Below are positions 17,273 to 26,943 of a stretch of DNA of 58,425 nt, one piece after another; within the stretch, counting starts at the first letter, position 1, and every line of letters begins with the position of its first letter. Position numbers and translations under genes: made by a program. Where the stretch lies: positions 1-58,425 of the forward strand of contig CAKRAM010000100.1 in assembly GCA_934294965.1 (NCBI GenBank), written 5' to 3'. A model generated the notes under the pieces. That model was given only the letters and a program-made list of their open reading frames with translations. It was not told the origin of the DNA and did no database searches. Source of the stretch: an uncultured Clostridia bacterium. GTDB lineage: Bacteria; Bacillota; Clostridia; Christensenellales; CAG-314.

Positions 17273-18644
17273 TGCGCTTTACCTCTGCCCACACCTTGTC
17301 AAATTCCTCGCCGCTAAGCTCGGTTAAGTTTTGACCGCGCAAAGCCAAAAGGCGTTCGCACTCGGTGACGCGGCACACGAATTTGTTTGTGGACTGTATC
17401 AGTGCCGTTTCGGCATCCACTTTGTCGTAGCGAAGCAAACTTATGACGGCATGTAACAAGTCACCGCCTTCCATAACTTTTTCCTCGCCTTTAGCTTGCA
17501 AAAATTCGTTCAGTTCTTCCTGAACTTTGCCTGCTATTTGCTGTTCGCTTTCAAATTCGTAACCGCCCTTTGCCGCGCGAGTTTGCACCTTTTGATTGCG
17601 CATTATTGCCGACATTCCAAGCGGCACGTCGGCAACGTTTTGAGCCGTTCCGTTGATTTTGTGTTCTTTAAGTTTTTGCGCATTCCACACGTCCAACGAT
17701 TCGTCGGCATTGCGCGCAACAACGTCGCCAAAGACGTGAGGGTGACGGTCGATAAGTTTACGACACAGCGCCGTGTAGACGTCCTCGGAGGAAAATTCGC
17801 CGTTATCGGCGGCAATTTCCAAGTGGAAAAGCACCTGCATGAGCAAATCTCCGAGTTCCTCCACGATGTTGGGCGTATCCTCGTTCTGCAAAGCGTTCGC
17901 AAGTTCGTACGCTTCCTCTATCACGTTTTTTTCTATCGAACGGTGAGTTTGTTCCCTATCCCACGGGCAGCCGTTTTCGCCGCGCAAGATGTGCAAAACA
18001 TCCTGACAATCGTAGTAGTCGAAACTTTGACGCTTGGTCAAATCGGCAGGCACGGCGTAGAAAGAAGTTTGGTAATCGTAACGCAGTTTGGGAAGTTCGT
18101 CCAGCGCGTAGGTTTTTGCGGTTTTTCCGAACGCCACCGTTACACTTGCATTGCCGCCCATTGCGTTTTTTAGGCGCAAAACCACATCCGACGCAACAAA
18201 TTTGTCGTCTATGCACTTTATCAACGTAGGCACGGGCAAAATGTGACTTGCCGCAAGAAAATCCGCCGCCGTGTATACCGTTGTACCCGGGAGCAACTTG
18301 CCGCCCACTGCCGCCGAACCTACCGACACGCCTGCAACGATTTTTGCACCATCGAGATACGGAACGGTTGTGTCGTCCGAGCCTTGCCCCACGACGCAAA
18401 ACGCCACATTTTTATCTCCGTAGGAATTTAGCCTGTTTGCAATTGCCTCGTTAAGTCCGTCAAAATCTTGGGCGGAAACGTACAAGTCGTCGCAAGTGAC
18501 AACATCCTGCCTGATTGACTGCACAGCCTTGTACGTGTGCGTTTTTTCCGATTTTACAACCACTATATCGGCACGTTTTATTGTCTCCGCGCCGCTGAAA
18601 GTCAAATCGCCGACTTCTCGTCCCGTTCCTACAACCGTTATCAT
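17262..18644 (-). CDS. yabN: YabN-type fusion: tetrapyrrole-methylase-like N-domain plus MazG nucleoside triphosphate pyrophosphohydrolase
   Basis: 460 aa. The C-terminal half carries tandem MazG EExxE-type helices (IEEAYELANAL, VQEELNEFLQA). The gene order flippase-yabN matches Bacillus yabM-yabN. Confidence 0.8.
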   Translation of the reverse strand: MITVVGTGREVGDLTFSGAETIKRADIVVVKSEKTHTYKAVQSIRQDVVTCDDLYVSAQDFDGLNEAIANRLNSYGDKNVAFCVVGQGSDDTTVPYLDGAKIVAGVSVGSAAVGGKLLPGTTVYTAADFLAASHILPVPTLIKCIDDKFVASDVVLRLKNAMGGNASVTVAFGKTAKTYALDELPKLRYDYQTSFYAVPADLTKRQSFDYYDCQDVLHILRGENGCPWDREQTHRSIEKNVIEEAYELANALQNEDTPNIVEELGDLLMQVLFHLEIAADNGEFSSEDVYTALCRKLIDRHPHVFGDVVARNADESLDVWNAQKLKEHKINGTAQNVADVPLGMSAIMRNQKVQTRAAKGGYEFESEQQIAGKVQEELNEFLQAKGEEKVMEGGDLLHAVISLLRYDKVDAETALIQSTNKFVCRVTECERLLALRGQNLTELSGEEFDKVWAEVKRNVG

Positions 18645-18662
18645 TATACACCGCCTTACGGC

Positions 18663-20228
18663 TTATTTTCCTGCGTCGGTCGCGTCCGCCTTGCTAAACG
18701 TTTTTAGCCAAGATACGGCGGCAAAATACGTTACCGCGGCAACGACGATAAGCGCCACGGTGCCAATCGGGGTAAAAAACACCTTTTTTGCAAACACCAC
18801 CGCAACGGTCACTATGAGCGACATTGCCGCTCCTGCCGCAAGCGGTTTTACCACGCTTTGTCCGACGTCCAATTTTAAGCCGATTTTTACTTTTAGGTAG
18901 ATTATAACACATACCGTCGCAAAAAGATAGCACAATGTTTCGGAAATTGCTGCGCCGTAGATATTTACTTTGGGATTTGGCAACAAAACGAGGTTGATGA
19001 CGGCTTTAACCACTATGGCAAGGGAGATTATCACAACCGAAGCGTACGGTTTGCCAACAGCCTGACACACCGAAACCGCCGTTTGCATGACAGCCAAAAA
19101 CACCACCGACAACCCCGAAAGGGACAACAGCGTTGCCGAAACGGCAATTTCGCTTTGCGGCAAACCAGAGTACAACAAAGACAAAATCGGCTCGGAAAGC
19201 GCAATAAGTCCAAACGCGCAAGGCAGCGCGATTACAAGCGTAAGCTTCATTGCCAAGTTAAACGAACGCTGCATTTGGCTTTTGTCGTCGTCATAGAAGG
19301 CTTTTGTCAATCCCGGAAGTGCCGAAACGGCAACCCCTCCGGAAAGCGCAATGGGAAGTCCCAACATGGAGTTGACCGGACCTGTCCATAATCCGTATTT
19401 TTCCGTCGCGCCCGGCACGGTGAGCAAATTTACCACCATTACCGAATCGATAACCTGCGAAGTTTGCATAACGAACGCGCCCAACGCAACCGGCACGGCA
19501 AGGGAAAATATTTGTGAAAACGCACTGCCCGCGTCGGCTTTATTTAGCACTATACGTGGCAATTTGTTGCGTTTTTTATGCACTACGTACACCGTTGCCA
19601 TTATCGCAAGCGAGCAAAACTCCGACACGGTTATTGCCAAACACGCCCCAAGGACGGCTTTTTGTACGTCGGGCATGGCGGCATATGCGGCAAAAAGTCC
19701 CACCACAAGTTTTACCACCTGCTCTATAACCGTGGTTACCCCGGAAGGCACCATGTTCATGTTACCCTGAAAATACCCCTTCAAAACGTTGGTTACGGGT
19801 ATAAACAGCAAGGCGGGAGCAACCACCAAAAACGCCGACGCCGTGTTTGCGTTACCCTGCAAACGGGATATTACACCGGATAGTGCCGCAAGCAACGCCG
19901 CACACACCGCACCGCTGATAAGCAACGAAAAGAACGCCACTTTGAAGATTTTCCTGCCGTTTTCCGCTTGATTAAGCTGATTGTTTTGCGCAATTAACTT
20001 GGACAGCGCAACGGGAACACCGGCTTGTGCCACCGTCAGAAACAGTATATATGCGGGGAAAACGAGTTGATACAATCCCAGTCCGTAACTTCCGACTATG
20101 TTGGTTAGCGGAATACGATACAACGCACCCAAAATTTTGGCGAACAGACCTCCCAAACTTAAAACGAGTGCGCCGGATATAAAATTATTTTTTAACTTTT
20201 TCATACCTTTATGGTATGCGTTTATCAT
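18663..20228 (-). CDS. MOP-superfamily polysaccharide/lipid II flippase (SpoVB / YabM-like)
   Basis: 521 aa with about 14 TM segments. N-terminus FISGALVLSLGGLFAKILGALYRIPLTNIVG is typical of SpoVB/MurJ-like proteins. The start could instead be the ATG at 20204. Confidence 0.8.
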   Translation of the reverse strand: MINAYHKGMKKLKNNFISGALVLSLGGLFAKILGALYRIPLTNIVGSYGLGLYQLVFPAYILFLTVAQAGVPVALSKLIAQNNQLNQAENGRKIFKVAFFSLLISGAVCAALLAALSGVISRLQGNANTASAFLVVAPALLFIPVTNVLKGYFQGNMNMVPSGVTTVIEQVVKLVVGLFAAYAAMPDVQKAVLGACLAITVSEFCSLAIMATVYVVHKKRNKLPRIVLNKADAGSAFSQIFSLAVPVALGAFVMQTSQVIDSVMVVNLLTVPGATEKYGLWTGPVNSMLGLPIALSGGVAVSALPGLTKAFYDDDKSQMQRSFNLAMKLTLVIALPCAFGLIALSEPILSLLYSGLPQSEIAVSATLLSLSGLSVVFLAVMQTAVSVCQAVGKPYASVVIISLAIVVKAVINLVLLPNPKVNIYGAAISETLCYLFATVCVIIYLKVKIGLKLDVGQSVVKPLAAGAAMSLIVTVAVVFAKKVFFTPIGTVALIVVAAVTYFAAVSWLKTFSKADATDAGK

Positions 20229-20593
20229 CGGTTTTATCCGAAATCGATAGCAGCCTGTTGATTTGCCCGTTTTTGAGAGCCTAACCGAGCGTATGTGCCT
20301 CTACGTGCAAAGTTAAATTTGACGTCAAAACAAATAAGCAAAACAAAAAGTCGCAATTTTTCGTAAGCATAGCCTGCCAGAGGCTATTCGCTTTTGCGAA
20401 AAACTGCGACGTATAAACAACCGAAAACACACCACGTGTGCGCCTTAAAACGCATTTGCGGCTAAAAGTTATAAACTCTGTGAAAAAAATCGACAAAGTA
20501 ATGCCATACTCGAACGTAATCGTCTATTGACTGCGAAATAAGCGACAACGTGTGACGACTTTTATGTGTAAACGCCCGCTAGCGTTGCCTCAC

Positions 20594-22924
20594 TTACTTT
20601 TTATCTTCCACTTTATCCACGGCAAACAGTCTGCTTCCGAAATCGAACATCACTCTTGTTTCGCCGTTATATCCTGTGGAACTCCACTCCTGATTGAGTT
20701 TTATTCCGCATTTTGCCAAAACGTCGCCGCTTGCCGTGTAACTGACTTTTTCACTTTTTAGCGGGAATAGAGCGGCGGCAATCTCCACCAACTTGCCCTC
20801 TTCGTTGAGTTTTACAGGGCTAATTGCGTTTATCAGTCCGCCGAAGGACTTCAAGCTAAACGTTTGCACGCGGTTTTCAATCTTGTACATGCTTTGCGCG
20901 TCAAGACGGGGAATATGCAGTGTTTGTTGCGACGGAACGGTTTCGGCAACAACGTTGGTCAAATTTACCACGGCTTGGCTCTTGTCCGCCGAGACGACCT
21001 CCCAACTTGCCTTGTTACCGCCAAAAACGCTTTTAAGCTTGCGATACGTGCCGAACTGCAACGTGTGCCTGTACGTTTTGTACCACTCGACTTGTGCCTT
21101 GACCGATGCCAAATCGGCTTTGTTTAGTTGAGTTAAATCCAATTCGTATCCGAAAGCCCCCAAACACGCCGTGTTGAAACGGTTATCGATTGTGCTTTGC
21201 CGAAGCGTTTGGTGGTTGGGACTTGCCGAAACGTGGCTGCCCATGGTGCTTTGGGGATAGGCGCAAAGCGTACCTTCGCCGATTTTTACGCGATCGAAAC
21301 TATCCGTGTTGTCGCTGCACCAAATTTGCGGCATATACCTAAGCACGCCCAAATCGAAGCGGTTGCCGCCCGAGGCGCACCCCTCGAACAATATTTGAGG
21401 AAATTTTGCCGTAAGTTCGGAAAGAATGCGGTAAAATCCCAATGTGAACCTGTGCAGCGTTTCTCCCTGACGGTTGCCCGACGCGTCCGAAAACCAATCG
21501 GTTAAGGGACGGTTGAAATCCCACTTGACGTAGGCTATGTTTGCCGAGGAAAATACTCGACTCATGGCCTCTATAATATAGTTCTGCACCTGCTGTTTGG
21601 ACAAATCCAACACCAGTTGATTGCGGCACAGCATCGGCTCGTACGCCGGGTGCGTAAGCACCCAATCGGGATGCGCACGGTACAAATCGCTATACGGATT
21701 GACCATTTCCGGCTCTACCCATATGCCGAAGTCCAAACCGATTTTGTTTATTTTTTGTGCCAACGATTTCAGTCCGCCCGACAAACGAGATTGGTTTTCC
21801 GTCCAATCGCCCAGTCCGCGCTTATCGTTGGTACGCTTTCCGAACCAGCCGTCGTCCAAAACAAACAACTCTATGCCCAGACTTTTGGCTTTTTTTGCTA
21901 GCGCCAGCAACTTGGCTTCGGTAAAGTTGAAATAGGTTGCTTCCCAATTGTTTACCAAAATCGGACGATCCTTGTACCTCCAATATTCCGGCACGACGTG
22001 TTCGTTTACAAATTTGTGAAAACGCTCGGTAAGCAAATTTGTGCCGCCGTCGGAAAAGCACATTGCGGCAAACGGCGTAACGAAACTTTCGTCTAAGCGC
22101 AAATGCCAACAAAAATCGCTGTCGTTTATACCGCTCAAAACACGCACCTTGCCAAGCGGAGTGCGCTCCACAATTTCCGCATGATTGCCGGAATACATAA
22201 GGTTGAATCCGTACGCTTTGCCGCAATTTAGGCTGCATTCGTCGGACTGCAAAACTATGTACGGGTTATGCTTGTTGCCGCTCACACCGCTTTTGGAGTC
22301 GATTTTGGTGATTCCGCACGCCAAGGGATTGACTTCGATTTGCCTTTCCCTTGCCCAAGTGCCGTTTAGCGTTTGCAGTTTGTAGCCTTCGTCGCACAAG
22401 TCCAACTGAAAACTCATTGCGCGAGTTACTCGCATAAGGTTTTCTTCGTTGTTGGTAACGGTGACGTTGCGCAAAATTACGTCGCAATCTACAAGCGTGA
22501 CGTAGCGCAGTGTAAGCACGATATTTTTTCTTTTATCCGCCATTTTTATCGCCAAAACCGATTCGACGCCGTCGCAATCCGGCAAACCTTCGGGAGAATA
22601 CGACTGCTCAATTTCGTAGCCGTCGAACACAAATTCGTTTACGGTGTTACCGGAAGGATCGCAAACGAGTACCATACTTTCGCGATAGTCGCCCCTACCG
22701 TGCGACGAACATTCCAGTCGAGTGTTATCCACAAAAATACCGTTCGCGCTTATTGCCGTGCCCTGCCCCGTGCCTTGCTTATCCTGCAAAAACGAAACGT
22801 CGTCAAGTTGACCGATTGCCGCGCCGTAGTACAGTTGACGCAAAAAGCCCTGTTCGGTTACGTCGAAAATATACGTTGTGTTGGGCGTATCCAGTCTGAA
22901 AACGTTGTTTTGTGCGGTTATCAT
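20594..22924 (-). CDS. alpha-galactosidase, glycoside hydrolase family 36
   Basis: NNWEATYFNF ... LFVLDDGWFGKRTNDKRGLGDW core. Start trimmed to the ATG at 22924, with GGAGG upstream. Confidence 0.9.
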   Translation of the reverse strand: MITAQNNVFRLDTPNTTYIFDVTEQGFLRQLYYGAAIGQLDDVSFLQDKQGTGQGTAISANGIFVDNTRLECSSHGRGDYRESMVLVCDPSGNTVNEFVFDGYEIEQSYSPEGLPDCDGVESVLAIKMADKRKNIVLTLRYVTLVDCDVILRNVTVTNNEENLMRVTRAMSFQLDLCDEGYKLQTLNGTWARERQIEVNPLACGITKIDSKSGVSGNKHNPYIVLQSDECSLNCGKAYGFNLMYSGNHAEIVERTPLGKVRVLSGINDSDFCWHLRLDESFVTPFAAMCFSDGGTNLLTERFHKFVNEHVVPEYWRYKDRPILVNNWEATYFNFTEAKLLALAKKAKSLGIELFVLDDGWFGKRTNDKRGLGDWTENQSRLSGGLKSLAQKINKIGLDFGIWVEPEMVNPYSDLYRAHPDWVLTHPAYEPMLCRNQLVLDLSKQQVQNYIIEAMSRVFSSANIAYVKWDFNRPLTDWFSDASGNRQGETLHRFTLGFYRILSELTAKFPQILFEGCASGGNRFDLGVLRYMPQIWCSDNTDSFDRVKIGEGTLCAYPQSTMGSHVSASPNHQTLRQSTIDNRFNTACLGAFGYELDLTQLNKADLASVKAQVEWYKTYRHTLQFGTYRKLKSVFGGNKASWEVVSADKSQAVVNLTNVVAETVPSQQTLHIPRLDAQSMYKIENRVQTFSLKSFGGLINAISPVKLNEEGKLVEIAAALFPLKSEKVSYTASGDVLAKCGIKLNQEWSSTGYNGETRVMFDFGSRLFAVDKVEDKK

Positions 22925-23062
22925 AATTTTGCCTCCGTTTTGGTAAAATCGGTTCTTACAAAATATTGTAAACCAATTTTTGCAAAATATCAATGGCGGA
23001 ATTGCTTTTTAAGAGCAAAAAGTATATAATAGCCGTATGTTTCTTAAATCGGGAGCGTTTCT

Positions 23063-23788
23063 ATGGAAAAAATCGGCGTAATAAGCGATATCCACGGCAA
23101 TTTGGACGCACTGAAAGTTATTTTGCCAAAACTGGTCGAACTCGGTTGCAAAGAAATTATTCACACCGGCGACGTTGCGGATATCGGCCCGCAAGCAAGG
23201 GAGTGTTTTGAACTGCTGAAAAAATACAACGTCTTGTGCCTAACGGGCAATCACGACCGAGATTTTGTGAAAAATCAAAACGTACACAAGCCGATGAGCC
23301 ACGTTAGCCAAGCGCACAAACTATACGTGTTTTCCTCCCTAGACGGACTGCAAGCGGAATTCGCCGAATTTCCGTACTACGTCACACGCATATGCGGCGG
23401 AAAGAAAATCGTGTTTGAACACTACTGCCGAGAAACCGACTACCTTACCGCAAAGTATCCGTTTAAGCCGCTGGATCCGCACCCGACAGCCGAAAAATTT
23501 GACGAGATGTACGCCGAATACGACTGCGACGCAGTGTTCTTCGGTCACAAACACGAACCGTGCGACATTATCGGCAAAAAACTGTACGTGGACGTGGGAA
23601 GCGTGGGCTGCCACGAATTTCCTTTGGCTACGGCAATAGTTATACAATTTGACCAAACGCACTTTGAATACCAACGAATAGCCGTGCCGTACGACTTTGA
23701 TTCGCTCGCGCACAAAATGACCGACGGCACACTGCCGGACGGCGAAGACTTGCTGAAATTTTATTTCCTCCACACAATTAAAGACTAG
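23063..23788 (+). CDS. metallophosphoesterase (calcineurin-like / YfcE-like)
   Basis: MEKIGVISDIHGNLDAL ... HTGD ... GNHD motifs. Confidence 0.8.
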   Translation: MEKIGVISDIHGNLDALKVILPKLVELGCKEIIHTGDVADIGPQARECFELLKKYNVLCLTGNHDRDFVKNQNVHKPMSHVSQAHKLYVFSSLDGLQAEFAEFPYYVTRICGGKKIVFEHYCRETDYLTAKYPFKPLDPHPTAEKFDEMYAEYDCDAVFFGHKHEPCDIIGKKLYVDVGSVGCHEFPLATAIVIQFDQTHFEYQRIAVPYDFDSLAHKMTDGTLPDGEDLLKFYFLHTIKD

Positions 23789-23806
23789 CTATTTCAGGAG
23801 AAAAAC

Positions 23807-25288
23807 ATGAAAACTGCATTCGATTGCGACAAATACGTAGAACTGCAAACAGCAAAAATATCCGAACGATTGAGCGAATTCGGCGAAAAACTATATTTGG
23901 AATTCGGCGGAAAACTATTTGACGACTACCACGCATCCAGAGTGCTTCCCGGGTTTTTGCCGGACAGCAAACTGACGATGCTTTGCAAACTTAAAGACGA
24001 CGTTGAAGTGGTTATCGTTATCAATGCCAACGATATTGCGCAAAACAAACTGCGCGCCGATGTGGGAATAACCTACGATGAGGACGTGCTTCGCCTTTAC
24101 GACGTTTTGACAGGGCGCGGCTTGTACGTGGGAAGCATTGTCGTTTCCCAGTTCAGTCCTCAAAACACTTCGGCAGTAAAATTTATTGCCAAACTGAAGG
24201 GGCACGGCATAAAAGTCTATCGCCACTACAACATAGAAGGCTATCCGCACAACATTGCCAACATCGTATCCAAGGACGGTTTCGGCAAAAACGAATACGT
24301 GGAAACATCAAGAAGAATCGTTGTTGTGACCGCCCCCGGACCGGGCAGCGGCAAAATGGCAACCTGCCTTTCGCAAATGTACCACGACGCGCAACGCGGA
24401 ATAAAAAGCGGCTACGCCAAGTTCGAAACTTTTCCCGTTTGGAATTTGCCGCTAAATCACCCCGTAAACATTGCCTACGAGGCGGCTACAGCCGACCTTA
24501 ACGACGTGAACATGCTGGATCCTTACCACATGCAAGCCTACGGACAACCCGCCGTAAACTACAATCGCGACGTGGAAGTGTTCCCTGTGCTTAACGCCAT
24601 TTTCACAAAAGTTTTAGGCACTTCCCCATATAAAAGCCCCACGGATATGGGCGTTAATATGGCTGGATTTTGCATAACCGACCAAGAAGCGTGCGCCGAA
24701 GCCTGCAGGCAGGAAATCATCCGCCGATACCTTTCGGCAAAGGTTTTGGCACGCAAAGGCGTTGTGTCGCCGTCGGTTGTGGAAAAACTGGAACTTACGA
24801 TGACCAAAATGAACCTTACCGAAAACGATCGCTCCGTTGTGGTTGCGGCAAGAAACTACGCCAAAAAATCAGGCAGTCACGCTGCGGCAATAGAACTGCC
24901 GGACGGAAAAATCGTTGTTGGAAAAACCTCGCAACTTTTGGGGTGCGACTCGGCAATGATTCTAAACGCGCTAAAAGCGCTTGCCGGACTGCCCGACGTC
25001 AAACTAATTGCACCGTCGGCACTGGAACCCATTCAGCAACTGAAAACCAAAATTTTGGGAGATCCCGTTGCCGAACTGCACGTAGACGAAGCATTGTTGG
25101 CGCTTTCCGTTTCCGCCGCGGTAAATCCGCTTGCCGAACTTGCGCTGAAAGAGTTGCCAAACCTTAGGGGACTGCAAGTACATTCGACGGTTATACCGCC
25201 CCACTCGGACGACAAACTGTTCTACAAACTGGGAATACAACCCACTGCCGATCCAATCTACGCAACCAAACGAGTTTACTTTAACTAG
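23807..25288 (+). CDS. DUF1846 / UPF0371 family protein, function unknown
   Basis: N-terminus ...KLYLEFGGKLFDDYHASRVLPGF..., length about 493 aa, characteristic of UPF0371. AGGAGA upstream of the ATG. Confidence 0.8.
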   Translation: MKTAFDCDKYVELQTAKISERLSEFGEKLYLEFGGKLFDDYHASRVLPGFLPDSKLTMLCKLKDDVEVVIVINANDIAQNKLRADVGITYDEDVLRLYDVLTGRGLYVGSIVVSQFSPQNTSAVKFIAKLKGHGIKVYRHYNIEGYPHNIANIVSKDGFGKNEYVETSRRIVVVTAPGPGSGKMATCLSQMYHDAQRGIKSGYAKFETFPVWNLPLNHPVNIAYEAATADLNDVNMLDPYHMQAYGQPAVNYNRDVEVFPVLNAIFTKVLGTSPYKSPTDMGVNMAGFCITDQEACAEACRQEIIRRYLSAKVLARKGVVSPSVVEKLELTMTKMNLTENDRSVVVAARNYAKKSGSHAAAIELPDGKIVVGKTSQLLGCDSAMILNALKALAGLPDVKLIAPSALEPIQQLKTKILGDPVAELHVDEALLALSVSAAVNPLAELALKELPNLRGLQVHSTVIPPHSDDKLFYKLGIQPTADPIYATKRVYFN

Positions 25289-25390
25289 ACGGTTCTAACG
25301 GGCCAAAAACACCGATACTGCCGAGTAAAGTTACTCCTAGTTGGGTATTCGGGACACTTTACCGCAGGGATTATCATTCTTTGCAGCAAA

Positions 25391-25435
25391 AAAGGGCTGT
25401 TGAAGTTTTTACGCTTCTTCAGCCCTTTTGTTTTG
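25391..25435 (+). terminator. intrinsic terminator after the DUF1846 gene
   Basis: AAGGGCTG ... CAGCCCTT stem followed by TTGTTTTGTT. Confidence 0.7.
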
Positions 25436-25439
25436 TTAA

Positions 25440-25547
25440 TATATACTTTACGAAGTAAATCTTTTGCTTGTCGGCAAAATCTTTCAAACACTTGCGTGTT
25501 TTCCGCAAAACTGGCGTTTTCGCCTTCCGGTATGTAAAATCGTCAGT
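25440..25547. repeat. third, diverged copy of the core of the 146-bp element at 10492..10786
   Basis: TACGAAGTAAATCTTTTGCtTGTCGgCAAAATCTTTCAAACACTTgCGTGTTtTCCGCAAAA matches the core of the 10.5-kb units with a handful of substitutions. Same orientation. Confidence 0.8.
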
Positions 25548-25631
25548 TTCCCTTGGTGCGCTTCGCGCGCTTTCATATGAAACTTACTATATTATCAACT
25601 TTCTACATGCGCAATTGCTTGCAAAACTCGA

Positions 25632-26273
25632 TTACAAATCTTCCAATCTTTCCACGGAAAGCACTTCGGCATTTTCTTCGATAAACGAACCGATTTCGTC
25701 CGCCGTGTAGTTTTGCACGGGACGAATAACCGCTTCCGCTTCGAAATAGTCGTTTACGCGGCGCACCTTGTAGCGCGAGAAGTTGTTTACTCCGAAATGC
25801 AGTTTAAGTTTTTCCCGCATTTCGTCCGTGCTGACGAATTTTACCAAAAGCAAACGCTGATTGTGACGACGAAGCGGTCTGGTGTGCAAAATGATTTGAA
25901 CGACAATGATGACAATCGTTACCGATACCGACACGATGTACATGCCTGTTCCGACGCACATACCCACTGCCGCTGTTGCCCATATGCCTGCCGCCGTGGT
26001 TAAACCATGCAAAGATTCTCTTCGGAAGAAAATCATACCTGCGCCCAAAAAGCTGATACCGGATACGATTTGGGCGGCTATTCTTGCGCCGTCGCCAACC
26101 GACTCCATCTGTTGAGATATGCAGGTGAACAACGTCGAAGCCAGCCCTACCGTAAAGTGGGTTGCCATGCCTGCTTCTTTTTGCCTGTGGCTGCGCTCTA
26201 TTCCGATGATAAGCCCCAACATGCCTCCGACCGCTACGCGCAGTAAGTAAATCAATTGCTGTTTCCAGTCCAT
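25632..26273 (-). CDS. mgtC: MgtC/SapB family membrane protein
   Basis: LLRVAVGGMLGLIIGIERSHRQKEAGMATH signature. Start trimmed to the ATG at 26273. Confidence 0.85.
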   Translation of the reverse strand: MDWKQQLIYLLRVAVGGMLGLIIGIERSHRQKEAGMATHFTVGLASTLFTCISQQMESVGDGARIAAQIVSGISFLGAGMIFFRRESLHGLTTAAGIWATAAVGMCVGTGMYIVSVSVTIVIIVVQIILHTRPLRRHNQRLLLVKFVSTDEMREKLKLHFGVNNFSRYKVRRVNDYFEAEAVIRPVQNYTADEIGSFIEENAEVLSVERLEDL

Positions 26274-26387
26274 AGTAGTTTCCTTTGTAGACAACTGCAA
26301 TTTTCGATTGTTATTTTTGCCCCGAAATTGCCTTTTATTTGCGAACGGTACGCCCGCAAAATATCTACTGAATTTTTGGTAACGTAT

Positions 26388-26416
26388 ATTTTAGCACAAA
26401 CGAAAATCAATTTCAA
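26388..26416 (-). promoter_or_regulatory. sigma-A type promoter for mgtC
   Basis: On the minus strand: TTGAAA, 17-nt spacer, TGcTAAAAT (extended -10). About 110 nt upstream of the ATG. Confidence 0.55.
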
Positions 26417-26879
26417 TAGATAATAGCAAATTTTTATACCGCAAAACGCAAATTCATCTACCGTTTAATTACAAAATGAAACAGAGCGCATAGAAGTAAA
26501 ACAGGCAAGCACCGATGTGCTTCACACCAAACCAACCGCCCCACGACACCGATTGGCAATCGCATGCTTGATATATCATTTACAGCCCATACATTGTTCT
26601 TCCAAATTTGATTACCTAAAACATGCAACGCAAAAATCAATTGTAATTACACGCATATGGTTATTATTTTGAAAATCCCTGTTTTAACTCCGTTAATCGG
26701 AAGCGATTGCAATAAAAGTTGTGTTAGTACCTCCGCAAAAAACATGATGATTACAAACATCAACCACTGTCGGCAAATATAATAAGTAAACCTTCAATAC
26801 AATTGACAGTGGCGATACGTAACGTCTTAACAGGATATTCACAGCCGCAATAACCAAACCATACAGAACTTTACTCCCA

Positions 26880-26912
26880 ACAAAAAAGATGCCGAGCAAA
26901 TTGCACGGCATC
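26880..26912 (-). terminator. intrinsic terminator after the alcohol dehydrogenase gene
   Basis: On the minus strand: GATGCCG / CGGCATC stem followed by T6. Confidence 0.65.
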
Positions 26913-26943
26913 CGTTGTTGTTTTGTTATTGTCAAAGGTCGCA

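Noticed and set aside
26274-26420. Mg2+ M-box riboswitch upstream of mgtC.
   Set aside because: The predicted leader is about 110 nt, shorter than an M-box, and lacks its conserved GC-rich three-helix core by eye. This was not tested with a covariance model.
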